Of a DNA stretch of 64,000 nucleotides, positions 25,338-34,310 are shown in pieces. The first letter of the stretch is position 1. The number at the start of each line of letters is the position of its first letter. The stretch covers positions 208-64,207 of the forward strand of contig JBAUIH010000209.1 of the NCBI GenBank assembly GCA_049682755.1, written 5' to 3'. Source of the DNA: Candidatus Aminicenantales bacterium (GTDB taxonomy: Bacteria > Acidobacteriota > Aminicenantia > Aminicenantales > UBA8522). The notes beneath the pieces were generated by a model. The model made no database searches. It worked only from the letters and a program-made list of their open reading frames with translations, and was not told where the DNA came from. The position numbers and the translations under genes are program-made.

Positions 25338-25600
25338 TGAGGAAGTCCGTCGACGGCCGCCCGCTCTTTTTCCCAAGGCTCGGGATGTATGCTGAGAAGT
25401 CCGTAGGAGCGACGAGCGGGCAGGGTTCCGCGAAGCGGAGAGCGAGGAGCGAATCGAGCCAGATTTCCTCGCTGGGGAAATCTGAGCGTGACTTCGAGGC
25501 ATATATCCCGAGCCTTCCGCTCACTCCTCATCCGGGTTTCTCGTGCCACTGCCCCTCGCCTTGGGAAAAGAGAAGACGCAGGGTCGACGGACTTCCTCAC
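25338..25600. repeat. Composite intergenic repeat, copy B: 263-bp MITE-like unit with perfect 18-bp terminal inverted repeats
   Basis: Terminal inverted repeats are GTGAGGAAGTCCGTCGAC (25338-25355) and GTCGACGGACTTCCTCAC (25583-25600). The interior is about 90% identical (by eye), in reverse complement, to 32697-32875. Nested inverted repeats are present (ccaaggctcgggatgtatgc / gcatatatcccgagccttcc). Confidence 0.8.
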
Positions 25601-25661
25601 AAATATCCATTATTGATATCCATTCCAGATGGCGTTACAATGGCGGTAAGGGAATAGTGAA

Positions 25662-26465
25662 TTGACGAGAACATCCGTTGTTGTGCTCGCCGGGCTGATG
25701 CTTTTATCGACCGCCTGTGTCATTGCGGTCGTCGAAAGGTCGAGCGAGGGACGGTCTTGGCCTATCCAGAGCGAATACCGAGAGACCATGGACCTCAAGT
25801 CCGGCGGGGTGATCATCCTGGAAAACAGCGAGGGGGACATCGCGATCTCCGGCTGGGACGAGGAACTGGTCGATATCACCGCATCCAGAAGACGAGAGCT
25901 TCCCCCCTCGGCAGGCCTATATTTTTTGGGCAAGCGTTTTTCACCGCCCCATATCCAGACGCAAAGGACGGGCGAATCCATCAAAATCAGGACTGATGTC
26001 GAGGACAGCAAAGATGGGAATATCGTCCATTACATCCTCAAAGTCCCCAGGTCCGTTCGGCTCGACAGAGTCAGCAACGGCGGGGGAGATATCCTCATCT
26101 CCAACCTTTACGGGGATGCCGTTGTGGCCGCCCAGGAAGGCCGCGTGGCCATCGAAAACTTCTCCGGCTCCTTGGATATCCAGTTGGAGAGCGGCAACGT
26201 CGAGGCAGAGCTTCTGGACCTTCGACCGGGGGATAAAATCCGAATCAGGGTTGAACAGGGAGATATCGTTGTCTTCCTAGAACCGGGAATCGCTGGTCGG
26301 TTCTCCCTCGAGTCGCCCGCAGGAGGTATCTCCAGCGAGATCGACCTCAACCAGCCGTTGCCGGCCCGTGAGGTCTCCTCGACAACCGGGGATGGAGGGG
26401 TTTCCCTGGAGCTGACCGCGCTTCGAGGAGACATCAAAATCCGAAAAGTGGAGGGATTGCCATGA
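25662..26465 (+). CDS. DUF4097-like beta-repeat lipoprotein
   Basis: Lipobox LLSTAC after a signal peptide. Repeated G-(D/N)-I-x-I strand motifs (EGDIAISG, GGDILISN, GSLDIQLESGNV, RGDIKIRK). TTG start. Confidence 0.6.
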   Translation: MTRTSVVVLAGLMLLSTACVIAVVERSSEGRSWPIQSEYRETMDLKSGGVIILENSEGDIAISGWDEELVDITASRRRELPPSAGLYFLGKRFSPPHIQTQRTGESIKIRTDVEDSKDGNIVHYILKVPRSVRLDRVSNGGGDILISNLYGDAVVAAQEGRVAIENFSGSLDIQLESGNVEAELLDLRPGDKIRIRVEQGDIVVFLEPGIAGRFSLESPAGGISSEIDLNQPLPAREVSSTTGDGGVSLELTALRGDIKIRKVEGLP

Positions 26466-27367
26466 CCGAAAACGAAAAGGATCAGAACCGAGAAAATATT
26501 GAAGAAAAAGAGATCGCCGGCGAGACCTTCGAAGAAGAAGAGGTTGAAGTCAGAAAACGTCCCTTTCCCAGGGTCCTGTTGATCATTGTGATCCTGGCCG
26601 TGGCAGCGGCGCTCTATTATTTTCTCATTCATAGAAGGGGGGCGAAGACAGAACGTCTGGTCGACATACCTTCCGCGGCCGTCCTCGAAAAAGAGCTTCC
26701 TCCCGCCCCCTTGGAAGGACCCGACAAGCCCCCCGTCAATCTGGACGAAAGCGATGACCTCGTCCGCAGCCTGGCCAAAGAGATCTCGACCCATCCGCGC
26801 CTGGCCGACTGGCTGAACAGCAAGGGTTTGATCCGGCGGTTCGTAGCGGCGGTCGACAACATTGCCAACGGGCTGAGTCCCCGGGCGCACGTCGACTTCT
26901 TTGAACCACCGGGCGAATTCGGGACTGCAGAAAGAGGAGGCCTCACCGTGGCCGATCCGGATGGATACGGCCGGTACCATACTGTAGTGGATGTTTTCGT
27001 ATCCCTGGAGAGCAATCAGTGCGTCTCGCTTTTCCGGTCGATGAAACCCCTCTGCCAGGAAGCGTACAGGGATCTGGGATATCCCGACCAGGATTTCGAG
27101 CAGACGATCCTCCGGGCGATCGTTGAGCTCATGGGCACGCCGGTCGTAGAGGGAAGCATCTATCTGGAGAAAGCCGTCCTCAACTACGTTATTCTCGATC
27201 CCGCCCTGGAGAACCTGAGCGACGCTCAGAAACACCTGCTCCGGATGGGACTGGAAAACGTCGGGGCGATCCAGGCGAAGTTGCGGGAGATGGCCTTGGC
27301 TTTGGGATTTGCCGAGGATCGTCTGCCCAAAACCCGGTATTATACTCCGAGGATCCCGGACCGCTGA
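26462..27367 (+). CDS. DUF3014 domain membrane-anchored protein
   Basis: ATGA overlap with the upstream gene. Acidic N-terminus, one TM helix, then LDESDDLVRSLAKEI...LIRRFVAAVDNIANG, typical of DUF3014. Confidence 0.65.
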   Translation: MTENEKDQNRENIEEKEIAGETFEEEEVEVRKRPFPRVLLIIVILAVAAALYYFLIHRRGAKTERLVDIPSAAVLEKELPPAPLEGPDKPPVNLDESDDLVRSLAKEISTHPRLADWLNSKGLIRRFVAAVDNIANGLSPRAHVDFFEPPGEFGTAERGGLTVADPDGYGRYHTVVDVFVSLESNQCVSLFRSMKPLCQEAYRDLGYPDQDFEQTILRAIVELMGTPVVEGSIYLEKAVLNYVILDPALENLSDAQKHLLRMGLENVGAIQAKLREMALALGFAEDRLPKTRYYTPRIPDR

Positions 27368-27382
27368 AGCGGTTGAAACAAA

Positions 27383-28399
27383 TCAGTTTTTAGGCCGTTT
27401 TCCTCGCCATTGGAAAGGCTCGGCGCGGTCGAAGTCCGGGACGAGATGATCATCGGGAGCGAAGCAGTCCGGCTGGGTGAACAGGCATTGGAACCCTAAC
27501 TTTTCAGCGACTGACAACGCCTGCCTATATTCCTCCTTTGCAAGTGGCCTATTCATAACTTCCGGCGGCCTGAAGCAAGGCTGATACTGGCTCATTAAGC
27601 TGACCGCCACTGAGGTGCCGAGCTCTGTGGCCAGCCATTCCAATATGGCCCGGGTATCCTTGGTCTGGCCGGGAAGAACAAGATGACGAACGATCAAGCC
27701 GCGTTGAGCGATGCCTTGATCGTCCAGGACAAGAACGGGCTGCTGGTAAGCCATTTCCTTGATGGCTTCGCTTGCCACGGTGAAGTAATCCTCCGCAGCC
27801 GAAATCCGGAGGGAAAGCAGGGAGGAAAAAAACTTGAGGTCGGGCAGATAGATGTCGATGATTCCCTCGAGATGGGCTAGAAGAGAGGCCTTCTCATAGC
27901 CGTTGGAGTTGGAAACGAGCGATATCTCCAGGCCCTCTGAACAGGCGATCCGCAGGGCTCTGAGGATGGGCAGGAGGAAATGGGTCGGGGAGACCAGGTT
28001 GATGTTCAAGGCGCCCCTGTCCTGAAGGTCAAGCATCAGCCTGGCCAACTCCTCATCGTTGGCCGGCCGGCCCTGGCCGAGCCAGCTCAATTGATAATTC
28101 TGGCAGAAGCGGCATTTGAGGTTGCAGCCGGCAAAGAATATCGTCCCCGATCCGGCCCGCTCGGCTCCCGTTTTGTTCCGGTCATCCGGGCCGCCTCGGG
28201 CGCCGCTCAAGTCCGGCTCCTCACCGAAATGGAGAAGGGCGTGTGAAACGACGGCTGCCCCGCCGCTATCGCAATACCCCCGCTCGCCGGCGGCCCGGTT
28301 GACTCCGCACTCGCGTGGACACAGATGGCAGTCCCTTTCATGGGACTGAAGTCGGGCCAGTGCAGCCTCGATCTTATCGATTTTTCTTAGGGTGGTCAT
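27383..28399 (-). CDS. AmmeMemoRadiSam system radical SAM enzyme (PflA-like)
   Basis: N-terminal CHLCPRECG...GYC cluster and radical-SAM motif CNLKCRFCQN. It lies 2.3 kb from the Memo-AMMECR1 fusion. Confidence 0.85.
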   Translation of the reverse strand: MTTLRKIDKIEAALARLQSHERDCHLCPRECGVNRAAGERGYCDSGGAAVVSHALLHFGEEPDLSGARGGPDDRNKTGAERAGSGTIFFAGCNLKCRFCQNYQLSWLGQGRPANDEELARLMLDLQDRGALNINLVSPTHFLLPILRALRIACSEGLEISLVSNSNGYEKASLLAHLEGIIDIYLPDLKFFSSLLSLRISAAEDYFTVASEAIKEMAYQQPVLVLDDQGIAQRGLIVRHLVLPGQTKDTRAILEWLATELGTSVAVSLMSQYQPCFRPPEVMNRPLAKEEYRQALSVAEKLGFQCLFTQPDCFAPDDHLVPDFDRAEPFQWRGKRPKN

Positions 28400-28548
28400 G
28401 GAACCGGGCCTGCCTGGATCATTCTACCAGAACCCGTCTTTCCTTTGAAAGCGGGTCTCAGCCGATTTGACTTTGGCCGGGATGTATATTAATAAAGGCC
28501 TTTCCCACCCCGTGGCCGGGGAGCCGGGGATTTTTATTCTGAGGAGTT

Positions 28549-29217
28549 TTGGTGGAATTTCTCTCGAGATTGATCGATTTTATCCTCCATCTGGACAAGC
28601 ACTTGAGCTCGGTCATCCAGAGCTTCGGCCTCTGGACGTATCTCATCCTCTTCCTCGTCATTTTCCTGGAAACGGGCTTTGTGGTGACGCCTTTTCTGCC
28701 CGGCGATTCGCTCCTTTTCGCTGCCGGAACGTTCGCCGCCGCCAAAGTCCTGAACGTCGTCTGGCTATTCGTTCTCCTCAGCGCGGCGGCCATCATCGGG
28801 GACACGGCCAACTACTGGATCGGCCATTTCATCGGACCCAAGGTTTTCCGTCAGGAAAAATCGCGGTTCTTCAAAAAAGAATACCTGGATCGGACCCATC
28901 GCTTTTACGAAAAATACGGCCCCGAAACGATCATCATCGCCCGTTTCGTGCCGATCGTCCGGACATTTGCTCCCTTCGTGGCCGGGGTCGGACGGATGAG
29001 CTATTGGAAATTCATCAGTTACAACGTCATCGGGGGGGTCGGCTGGGTGGCCATTTTTGTCTTCGGCGGCTACTTCTTCGGCAATATCCCGTTCGTCAAA
29101 AAGAATTTCAGCCTGGTCATTATCCTCATCATCATCATTTCGATGGTCCCGGCGGCCGTCGAGTTCATCCGCCACCGGGCGGGCGCCCGCAGGGAAAACC
29201 CTGAAATATCTTCCTGA
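28549..29217 (+). CDS. DedA family inner-membrane protein
   Basis: FLETGFVVTPFLPGDSLLFAAG and RFVPIVRTFAPFVAG motifs. GAGGAG RBS. TTG at 28549 or GTG at 28552. Confidence 0.85.
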   Translation: MVEFLSRLIDFILHLDKHLSSVIQSFGLWTYLILFLVIFLETGFVVTPFLPGDSLLFAAGTFAAAKVLNVVWLFVLLSAAAIIGDTANYWIGHFIGPKVFRQEKSRFFKKEYLDRTHRFYEKYGPETIIIARFVPIVRTFAPFVAGVGRMSYWKFISYNVIGGVGWVAIFVFGGYFFGNIPFVKKNFSLVIILIIIISMVPAAVEFIRHRAGARRENPEISS

Positions 29218-29950
29218 GAAAGGGGCGATCGAGTGCTTGGTAGTCGGTCAGGTCTCGATGAAGAGGTGTGACCGAAATGAAGCCGCGGTGGACGGCTGAG
29301 ACATCGCTTCTTTGGCCCCCGATGGGAGTGGGAGTCCCCGAGCCGATCCAATAATAAATGTTTTCCCGGGGGTCCCTTTTCTGAACGATCTCGGGGTTGT
29401 AACGCTTTTCGCCGAGGTGGGTGATCCGGATGCCCTTGACGGGAGGAGGAGGAATGTTGATGTTGAGCGTCAGGCCGGCGGGGAGACGCCGGACAAGGAT
29501 CCTGGAGGCGAGGTCTCGGACGAAGCGGGCCGGGAAATCGAAATCGTAGCGGCCTCGCTCATCCGGCAGCACCGATACGGCGACCGAGGATACCTGCAGA
29601 AACGAGCCCTGGAGAGCGGCCGCGACCGTTCCCGAATAGGAGATGTCCTGTTGTCCCAGGTTGGGGCCGCGGTTGGGACCGGAGATGATCAAATCCGGGT
29701 TTCTCGGGAGGAGCATTTTAAGCGCCAGGTAGATGCAGTCGGCCGGCGTTCCATCCACGGCGAAAACGTTTTTCCGGATCTTTTCCACCCGCAGGGGGCG
29801 GCGGAGCGTCAAGGAGAGGGACGTGGCGCTCTTTTCCCGGTCGGGCGCAACGATGAAAATATCCGCCAAGTCCTTGAGGCGGCGGGCCAAGATCTGGATG
29901 GCCTCGGCGAAGAACCCGTCATCGTTGGCCAGGAGGATCAGTGGTTTCAT
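29165..29950 (-). CDS. surE: 5'/3'-nucleotidase SurE
   Basis: MKPLILLANDDGFFAEAIQIL...SGPNRGPNLG...YSGTVAAA. Its 3' end overlaps the convergent DedA gene by 53 nt. Confidence 0.9.
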   Translation of the reverse strand: MKPLILLANDDGFFAEAIQILARRLKDLADIFIVAPDREKSATSLSLTLRRPLRVEKIRKNVFAVDGTPADCIYLALKMLLPRNPDLIISGPNRGPNLGQQDISYSGTVAAALQGSFLQVSSVAVSVLPDERGRYDFDFPARFVRDLASRILVRRLPAGLTLNINIPPPPVKGIRITHLGEKRYNPEIVQKRDPRENIYYWIGSGTPTPIGGQRSDVSAVHRGFISVTPLHRDLTDYQALDRPFLRKIFQGFPCGRPPGGG

Positions 29951-29957
29951 GCAGGCC

Positions 29958-30305
29958 CTAGGAGCGGATCATAATCAGCATCATCTTGAACGGTTTTACG
30001 GCCTTGAGGGCGTGGGGTTCGTCGGCCGGCATGATGATCATCTGGCCACGGGTCAGGGGGTGGCTCCTTCCGGATATAGTGACTTCGGTCTCCCCGTCGA
30101 TAACATAAACCAGGGCGTCAAAGGGCGTTGTGTGCTCACTGAGGCCCTGGCCTTCAGCGAAGGCGAAGACGGTGACGGTCCCCGTCTTCTGACTGATGAT
30201 CTCCCGGCTGACGACCGAGCCGGGCTGATAGTCCGCCAGGTCTGTCAAAGAGAGGGCCTGCGCCTTGAGTCCGGCGGCCGGGGCCTGCTTTTTAATCGCA
30301 TTCAT
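29958..30305 (-). CDS. Cupin domain protein
   Basis: ATG at 30305 with AAGGAGA upstream. HTTPFDALVYVIDGE...MPADEPHAL cupin motifs. The ORF-track N-terminal extension runs into the tRNA and is rejected. Confidence 0.75.
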   Translation of the reverse strand: MNAIKKQAPAAGLKAQALSLTDLADYQPGSVVSREIISQKTGTVTVFAFAEGQGLSEHTTPFDALVYVIDGETEVTISGRSHPLTRGQMIIMPADEPHALKAVKPFKMMLIMIRS

Positions 30306-30362
30306 AAGTGTTCTCCTTGTTCGCCCAGGCTGAATTGCGGCCTTAACGTCAAGAGGAAAGAA

Positions 30363-30439
30363 TGGTCGGGACGGGCGGATTTGAACCGCCGACCCCATGC
30401 ACCCCAAGCATGTGCGCTACCAGGCTGCGCCACGTCCCG
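30363..30439 (-). tRNA. tRNA-Pro (anticodon GGG), CCA encoded
   Basis: The reverse complement CGGGACGTGGCGCAGCCTGGTAGCGCACATGCTTGGGGTGCATGGGGTCGGCGGTTCAAATCCGCCCGTCCCGACCA folds by hand into a perfect cloverleaf. It has a 7-bp acceptor stem, GCGC D stem, CATGC/GCATG anticodon stem, loop TTGGGGT and GGCGG/CCGCC T stem. Confidence 0.9.
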
Positions 30440-30478
30440 AATCGAGAAGCGATATTATAGCAAAAACGCCGCGTTGAT

Positions 30479-30844
30479 TTATAGTTTCCTCGGTTTTTTT
30501 CCGAGCAGACTGGCGATATCTTGAAGGTTGGCCCGGACCTCGACCAGGGTTTTTTTCAGCCGGTCGGGATGAAGGGGTTCGGCCGGCCGGCGCTCGTATT
30601 CCGCTTCGATCTTGCGCTTCGCCCCGGCCAGAGTCAGGCCTTCTTCGACAACGAGTTCCTTGAGTTTGAGAATGATGTCCAGGTCCCGCTGGCGGAAAAT
30701 CTTCTGCCCGCTCCCTGTTTGGCCGGCATGGAGAAAGGGAAATTCCCTCTCCCACCTCTCAATGACCTCGCGCTCGAGCTGGGCCAGACGGCTGACTTCA
30801 TCGAGTCGGTAGAAAAGCTTGGATTCGTCCTTAGGGCGCTTCAT
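30479..30844 (-). CDS. MerR-family HTH transcriptional regulator
   Basis: From ATG 30844: MKRPKDESKLFYRLDEVSRLAQLEREVIERWEREFPFL...IFRQRDLDIILKLKELV. This is a MerR-type HTH followed by a coiled coil. Confidence 0.7.
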   Translation of the reverse strand: MKRPKDESKLFYRLDEVSRLAQLEREVIERWEREFPFLHAGQTGSGQKIFRQRDLDIILKLKELVVEEGLTLAGAKRKIEAEYERRPAEPLHPDRLKKTLVEVRANLQDIASLLGKKPRKL

Positions 30845-31108
30845 CTGAAGTCGTCCCTCACGATAGCATGACTCATCAGGTCCGTCAAGAAGCGGGTTGG
30901 CACAGGAAACCGCCCTTGGCCGCCGCACCCCGGGGAACCAGTCCCGTCGGATCCTCCCGTCAGAAAACTGACGGGTCCTCCTTCCGCTACGGGGGCTTCA
31001 GGGCGGCTTCCTCTGCCTATCATAAAGATTAACAATGTTGGATACTTTGGTTGGCAGGCACTGCCCCTTGTAATATCTGTCCGCTGATTCTGTTATAATC
31101 AGTCCGCC

Positions 31109-32473
31109 ATGCCAAAGGATCAGGACGAGACATTGACCCCATTGGCCGAACGGATGAGGCCCCGTTCTTTTGACCGGTTCTACGGCCAGGAGCATCTCCT
31201 CGGTCCGGGCAAGATCCTTTCCGAGCTCGTTGAATCCGGCCGCCTGGTCTCGCTCATCTTCTGGGGACCCCCCGGCTCGGGCAAAACCACCCTGGGGACC
31301 ATGATCGCCCGGCATTTCGATCTGCCGTGCCTGTTTTTTTCGGCTGTGCTCTCAGGAATTAAAGAGGTCAAGGAGGTCATGGCCAGGGCGGAGAGCCATA
31401 AGAAGATGTACGGGAAGCCGAGCATTATTTTTATCGACGAAATCCACCGCTTCAATAAAGCGCAGCAGGGAGCGTTCCTTCCATACGTCGAGCGGGGAGA
31501 TGTTATTCTCTTCGGGTCGACCACCGAAAATCCGTCCTTCGAGGTGATCGCGCCCCTGCTCTCGCGCACAAAAGTTCTGGTGCTCGAGCCGCTCTCCGAA
31601 GAGGCCCTCTCCCGGATTTTGGAGGAAGCCGTGGCGGATGCCGAGCACGGGCTGGGCGGAAGTAGACTCCGCCTTGACGAGGGCGCCCGCAAGCTGATGA
31701 TCGACTCCGCCAACGGCGATGCGAGGCGGGCGCTCAACACCCTCGAGATCGCCGCCAGCCTGGCCCGCGGCCCCCGAATCGGTCCGGAAGAGGTCCAAGA
31801 AGCCCTCCAAAAGCGAATTTTGCTATACGACAAGAGCGGGGAGGAGCATTTCAACCTGATCTCCGCCCTGCATAAGAGCCTGCGCAATAGTGACGTGGAC
31901 GCGTCCCTCTACTGGCTGGCCAGGATGGTCTATTCCGGAGAAGATCCGCTCTATATCGCCCGACGACTGGTCAGGTTCGCCTCCGAGGACATCGGCCTGG
32001 CCGATCCTCAGGCACTTTCCATCTCTCTTCGGGCCAAGGAAGCTTATGATTTTCTCGGTTCGCCGGAGGGAGAGCTGGCCCTGGCGGAAGCCGTGATTTA
32101 TTTGGCGTCAGCTCCCAAGAGCAACCGGGCCTATGTCGCTTTTTCAAAAGCGATGAAGGACGTAGAATCCAGACCTCAGGAGCCCGTCCCCCTGCAGATC
32201 CGCAATCCCGTTACGGGGCTGATGAAAGACATCGGCTACGGCAAGAATTATGAGTACGCCCACGATTTCACCTTTTCGACAACCGGCATGGAGACCTTGC
32301 CCGAGAGGCTGAGGGGAAGACAGTACTACATGCCTGGAGAAATGGGGCTCGAGAAGGAGATCAAAAAGAGGATCGACTGGTGGCTCAAGATCAAGGAGAG
32401 AATGAGGGCCGAAAAAGCGGGGCCCGCTCCCGCCGCTAGTGAATCTTCCCCGAAAAAGAGGTCCGGCGGCTGA
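31109..32473 (+). CDS. rarA: Replication-associated recombination protein A (AAA+ ATPase)
   Basis: LAERMRPRSFDRFYGQEHLLGPGK, Walker A GPPGSGKTT, IFIDEIHRFNK, and the C-terminal MgsA_C-type SALHKSLRNSD...YWLARM. TATAAT at 31094-31099 lies only 9 nt from the ATG and there is no SD. Confidence 0.9.
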   Translation: MPKDQDETLTPLAERMRPRSFDRFYGQEHLLGPGKILSELVESGRLVSLIFWGPPGSGKTTLGTMIARHFDLPCLFFSAVLSGIKEVKEVMARAESHKKMYGKPSIIFIDEIHRFNKAQQGAFLPYVERGDVILFGSTTENPSFEVIAPLLSRTKVLVLEPLSEEALSRILEEAVADAEHGLGGSRLRLDEGARKLMIDSANGDARRALNTLEIAASLARGPRIGPEEVQEALQKRILLYDKSGEEHFNLISALHKSLRNSDVDASLYWLARMVYSGEDPLYIARRLVRFASEDIGLADPQALSISLRAKEAYDFLGSPEGELALAEAVIYLASAPKSNRAYVAFSKAMKDVESRPQEPVPLQIRNPVTGLMKDIGYGKNYEYAHDFTFSTTGMETLPERLRGRQYYMPGEMGLEKEIKKRIDWWLKIKERMRAEKAGPAPAASESSPKKRSGG

Positions 32474-32696
32474 GGATCTATTCTCCCTCTTCTCTCTCTC
32501 TCAGCAAGTAATAGATTTCCCAGCTAATGTCGTCGGCCAAGCACCCCAGACAAGAAGTTTTGGTCGTGGCCAGTTCTCCGTCGGTGATTTTGTCTTTAAG
32601 GATTTTCTTCACTCTTTTACGGATCTTATAGAGAAGGATGTAATTGACCATCGGCCCGTCTTCAAAAATAATATCAACTTCGTTTTCGTAAGTAAA

Positions 32697-32875
32697 GGAG
32701 GCTCGGGGCATATGACTCGAAGTCACGCTGCGATTTCCCCAGCGAGGAAATCTTGCTCGATTCGCTCCTCGCTCTCCGCTGCGCGGAACCCTGCCCGCTC
32801 GTCGCTCATACGGACTTCTCCTCATATGCCCCTCGCCTTGGTCGAAGCAGGTGGTTCGTCAGCCCACTCGCTTCC
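32697..32875. repeat. Composite intergenic repeat, copy C
   Basis: Reverse-complement match to the interior of copy B (gtcacgctNNgatttccccagcgaggaaatc..gctcgattcgctcctcgctctccgc...). It shares cccctcgccttggtcg..ggtgg(c)ttcgtcagccc with copy A. Confidence 0.75.
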
Positions 32876-32930
32876 ATTCCTTGAGAGGAGGGAGACAAAA
32901 TGCTATGATTGTCCGCTGGAAAGGAGAGGC

Positions 32931-34286
32931 GTGAGAAGAGCCCTCGTTTTTGGCCTTGTTTCGCTTGCCCTCTCCTGCTCTCTCTTCAGGGCGAGGACGG
33001 GTCCCTACCCGTCGGGAGTGATGTTTCCCCTAAAGGAGGTCGGCCGAGTCGAATTCGAAGGCAAGATCGTCGGCGGATTGGTAAAAGACGAGGCCGGCCG
33101 GATCTATTTCGCGACGGATAAGGGATATCTGTGCTGTTTGGACAGCGCTACTCGAGAGATTTCATGGACATTCACAAGTCCCGTTCCTTTCGGCTGTCCG
33201 CCGGCGCTCGGCGTGGAACGCTTGTTCGTCTGGGACCAGGAGAACTCCGTTTTTTGTCTGGATACAAAAGGCGCCCTCCTGTGGCAGATGAAGGTTTCCG
33301 AGAGGATTTCCAGCCCGGTCTCCCTGGACGGGGATCATGTCTATTTCGGAACCGAAACAGGTTATCTCCTGGCCCTGAGTCAGGCATCGGGTGAACTTCT
33401 CTGGGGGTTTGAAACCGGAGGAACTGTCAGCGCCGCCGCCGTTTTCTTCGGCAATCAGCTCTGCCTGGGCAGTGGAGACGGCTGGGTTTATATGATCAGT
33501 TCGAAGGGTCGCCTGCGAGGGACGATCGAAGTCGGAAGTCCCATCCTGGTGACGCCGTTGGTCGATGGCCACCGCCTCTATATCGGGTCCGAGGATCGCG
33601 CAATTCACTGTTATGATCTCAGGAATATGGAAAGGAAGTGGGTGATCACCGCCGGGGGACGTCTCCTCGCCACTCCGCGGACCGATCAGAAAAGGATTTA
33701 TTTCCCCGCTTCCAACGGTGTCCTTTACGCCTTGAACAAAGAGAACGGCCACATCCTCTGGTGGTGGATCTCTCCTTCGAAAAGCCGGTACGGCCTCGAA
33801 TTCGATGGACAAAATATCCTGACCACCTCCGCCTCTCCTTACCTCCATTCTTTGAACATCAAATCGGGAAAGGCACTCGGACGATTCGATGCGGGTGAGG
33901 AGATTCGGTCAAATCCCGTCTGGGAGGAGCCGCATCTTTTGCTCGCTCTGTTTGATCCTTCGGTCAACAAGGGGAGGATTGTCTTCCTTCGCAAACAGGT
34001 GGGTGTCAAACTCTCTGCGTCTCCGGCCTCGCCCCAACTGCTGCGCACAGAGATCAGCTTCACGGCCTCGGCGACGGGCTTCCACCGGCCGCAGTTCGAA
34101 TTCTCCATGGTCAGGGGAGAGGAGAAGACCGTCGTCCAGGCGGCATCCGAGCGGGCGACGTGGGTCTGGTACGCCGACAAGGAGGGTACGTGCCAGGTCA
34201 GAGTGAGGGTGGTCGACGAGAAACAATCCGAGGAGGCGGACATCGTCTATGAAATCACCAAGAATGATCGGCCGACCGTTGACTGA
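32931..34286 (+). CDS. PQQ-like beta-propeller repeat lipoprotein (BamB-like fold)
   Basis: GTG at 32931 after GGAAAGGAGAGG. Lipobox LALSC. Repeated Y.a...G.l.ald...G...W blades (IYFATDKGYLCCLDSATREISW, VYFGTETGYLLALSQASGELLW, and others). The ORF-track start at 32439 lies in the repeat and is rejected. Confidence 0.75.
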   Translation: MRRALVFGLVSLALSCSLFRARTGPYPSGVMFPLKEVGRVEFEGKIVGGLVKDEAGRIYFATDKGYLCCLDSATREISWTFTSPVPFGCPPALGVERLFVWDQENSVFCLDTKGALLWQMKVSERISSPVSLDGDHVYFGTETGYLLALSQASGELLWGFETGGTVSAAAVFFGNQLCLGSGDGWVYMISSKGRLRGTIEVGSPILVTPLVDGHRLYIGSEDRAIHCYDLRNMERKWVITAGGRLLATPRTDQKRIYFPASNGVLYALNKENGHILWWWISPSKSRYGLEFDGQNILTTSASPYLHSLNIKSGKALGRFDAGEEIRSNPVWEEPHLLLALFDPSVNKGRIVFLRKQVGVKLSASPASPQLLRTEISFTASATGFHRPQFEFSMVRGEEKTVVQAASERATWVWYADKEGTCQVRVRVVDEKQSEEADIVYEITKNDRPTVD

Positions 34287-34310
34287 AAACGCTCGGCAGG
34301 GAGGTAACGA

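Noticed and set aside
29165-29217. 53-nt convergent overlap of the DedA and surE 3' ends as a regulatory antisense arrangement
   Set aside because: Both C-terminal tails are poorly conserved, low-complexity extensions. The overlap is more simply explained by late stop codons in GC-rich sequence, and there is no additional supporting signal.
29958-30407. N-terminal extensions in the ORF track: cupin to 30407, beta-propeller from 32439, MerR to 30928, FeoB from 56599, C69 from 44957, ALDH to 38170
   Set aside because: The extensions run through a tRNA gene, a repeat element or the upstream gene, and they lack an RBS. Internal starts with good SD sequences and family-typical N-termini were chosen instead.
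30363-30439. tRNA-Pro as the integration site of the defence island
   Set aside because: The tRNA lies ~6.7 kb beyond the hsdM end of the locus, with housekeeping genes in between. No integrase and no direct repeat of the tRNA 3' end was seen near 4.6 kb or 23.7 kb.
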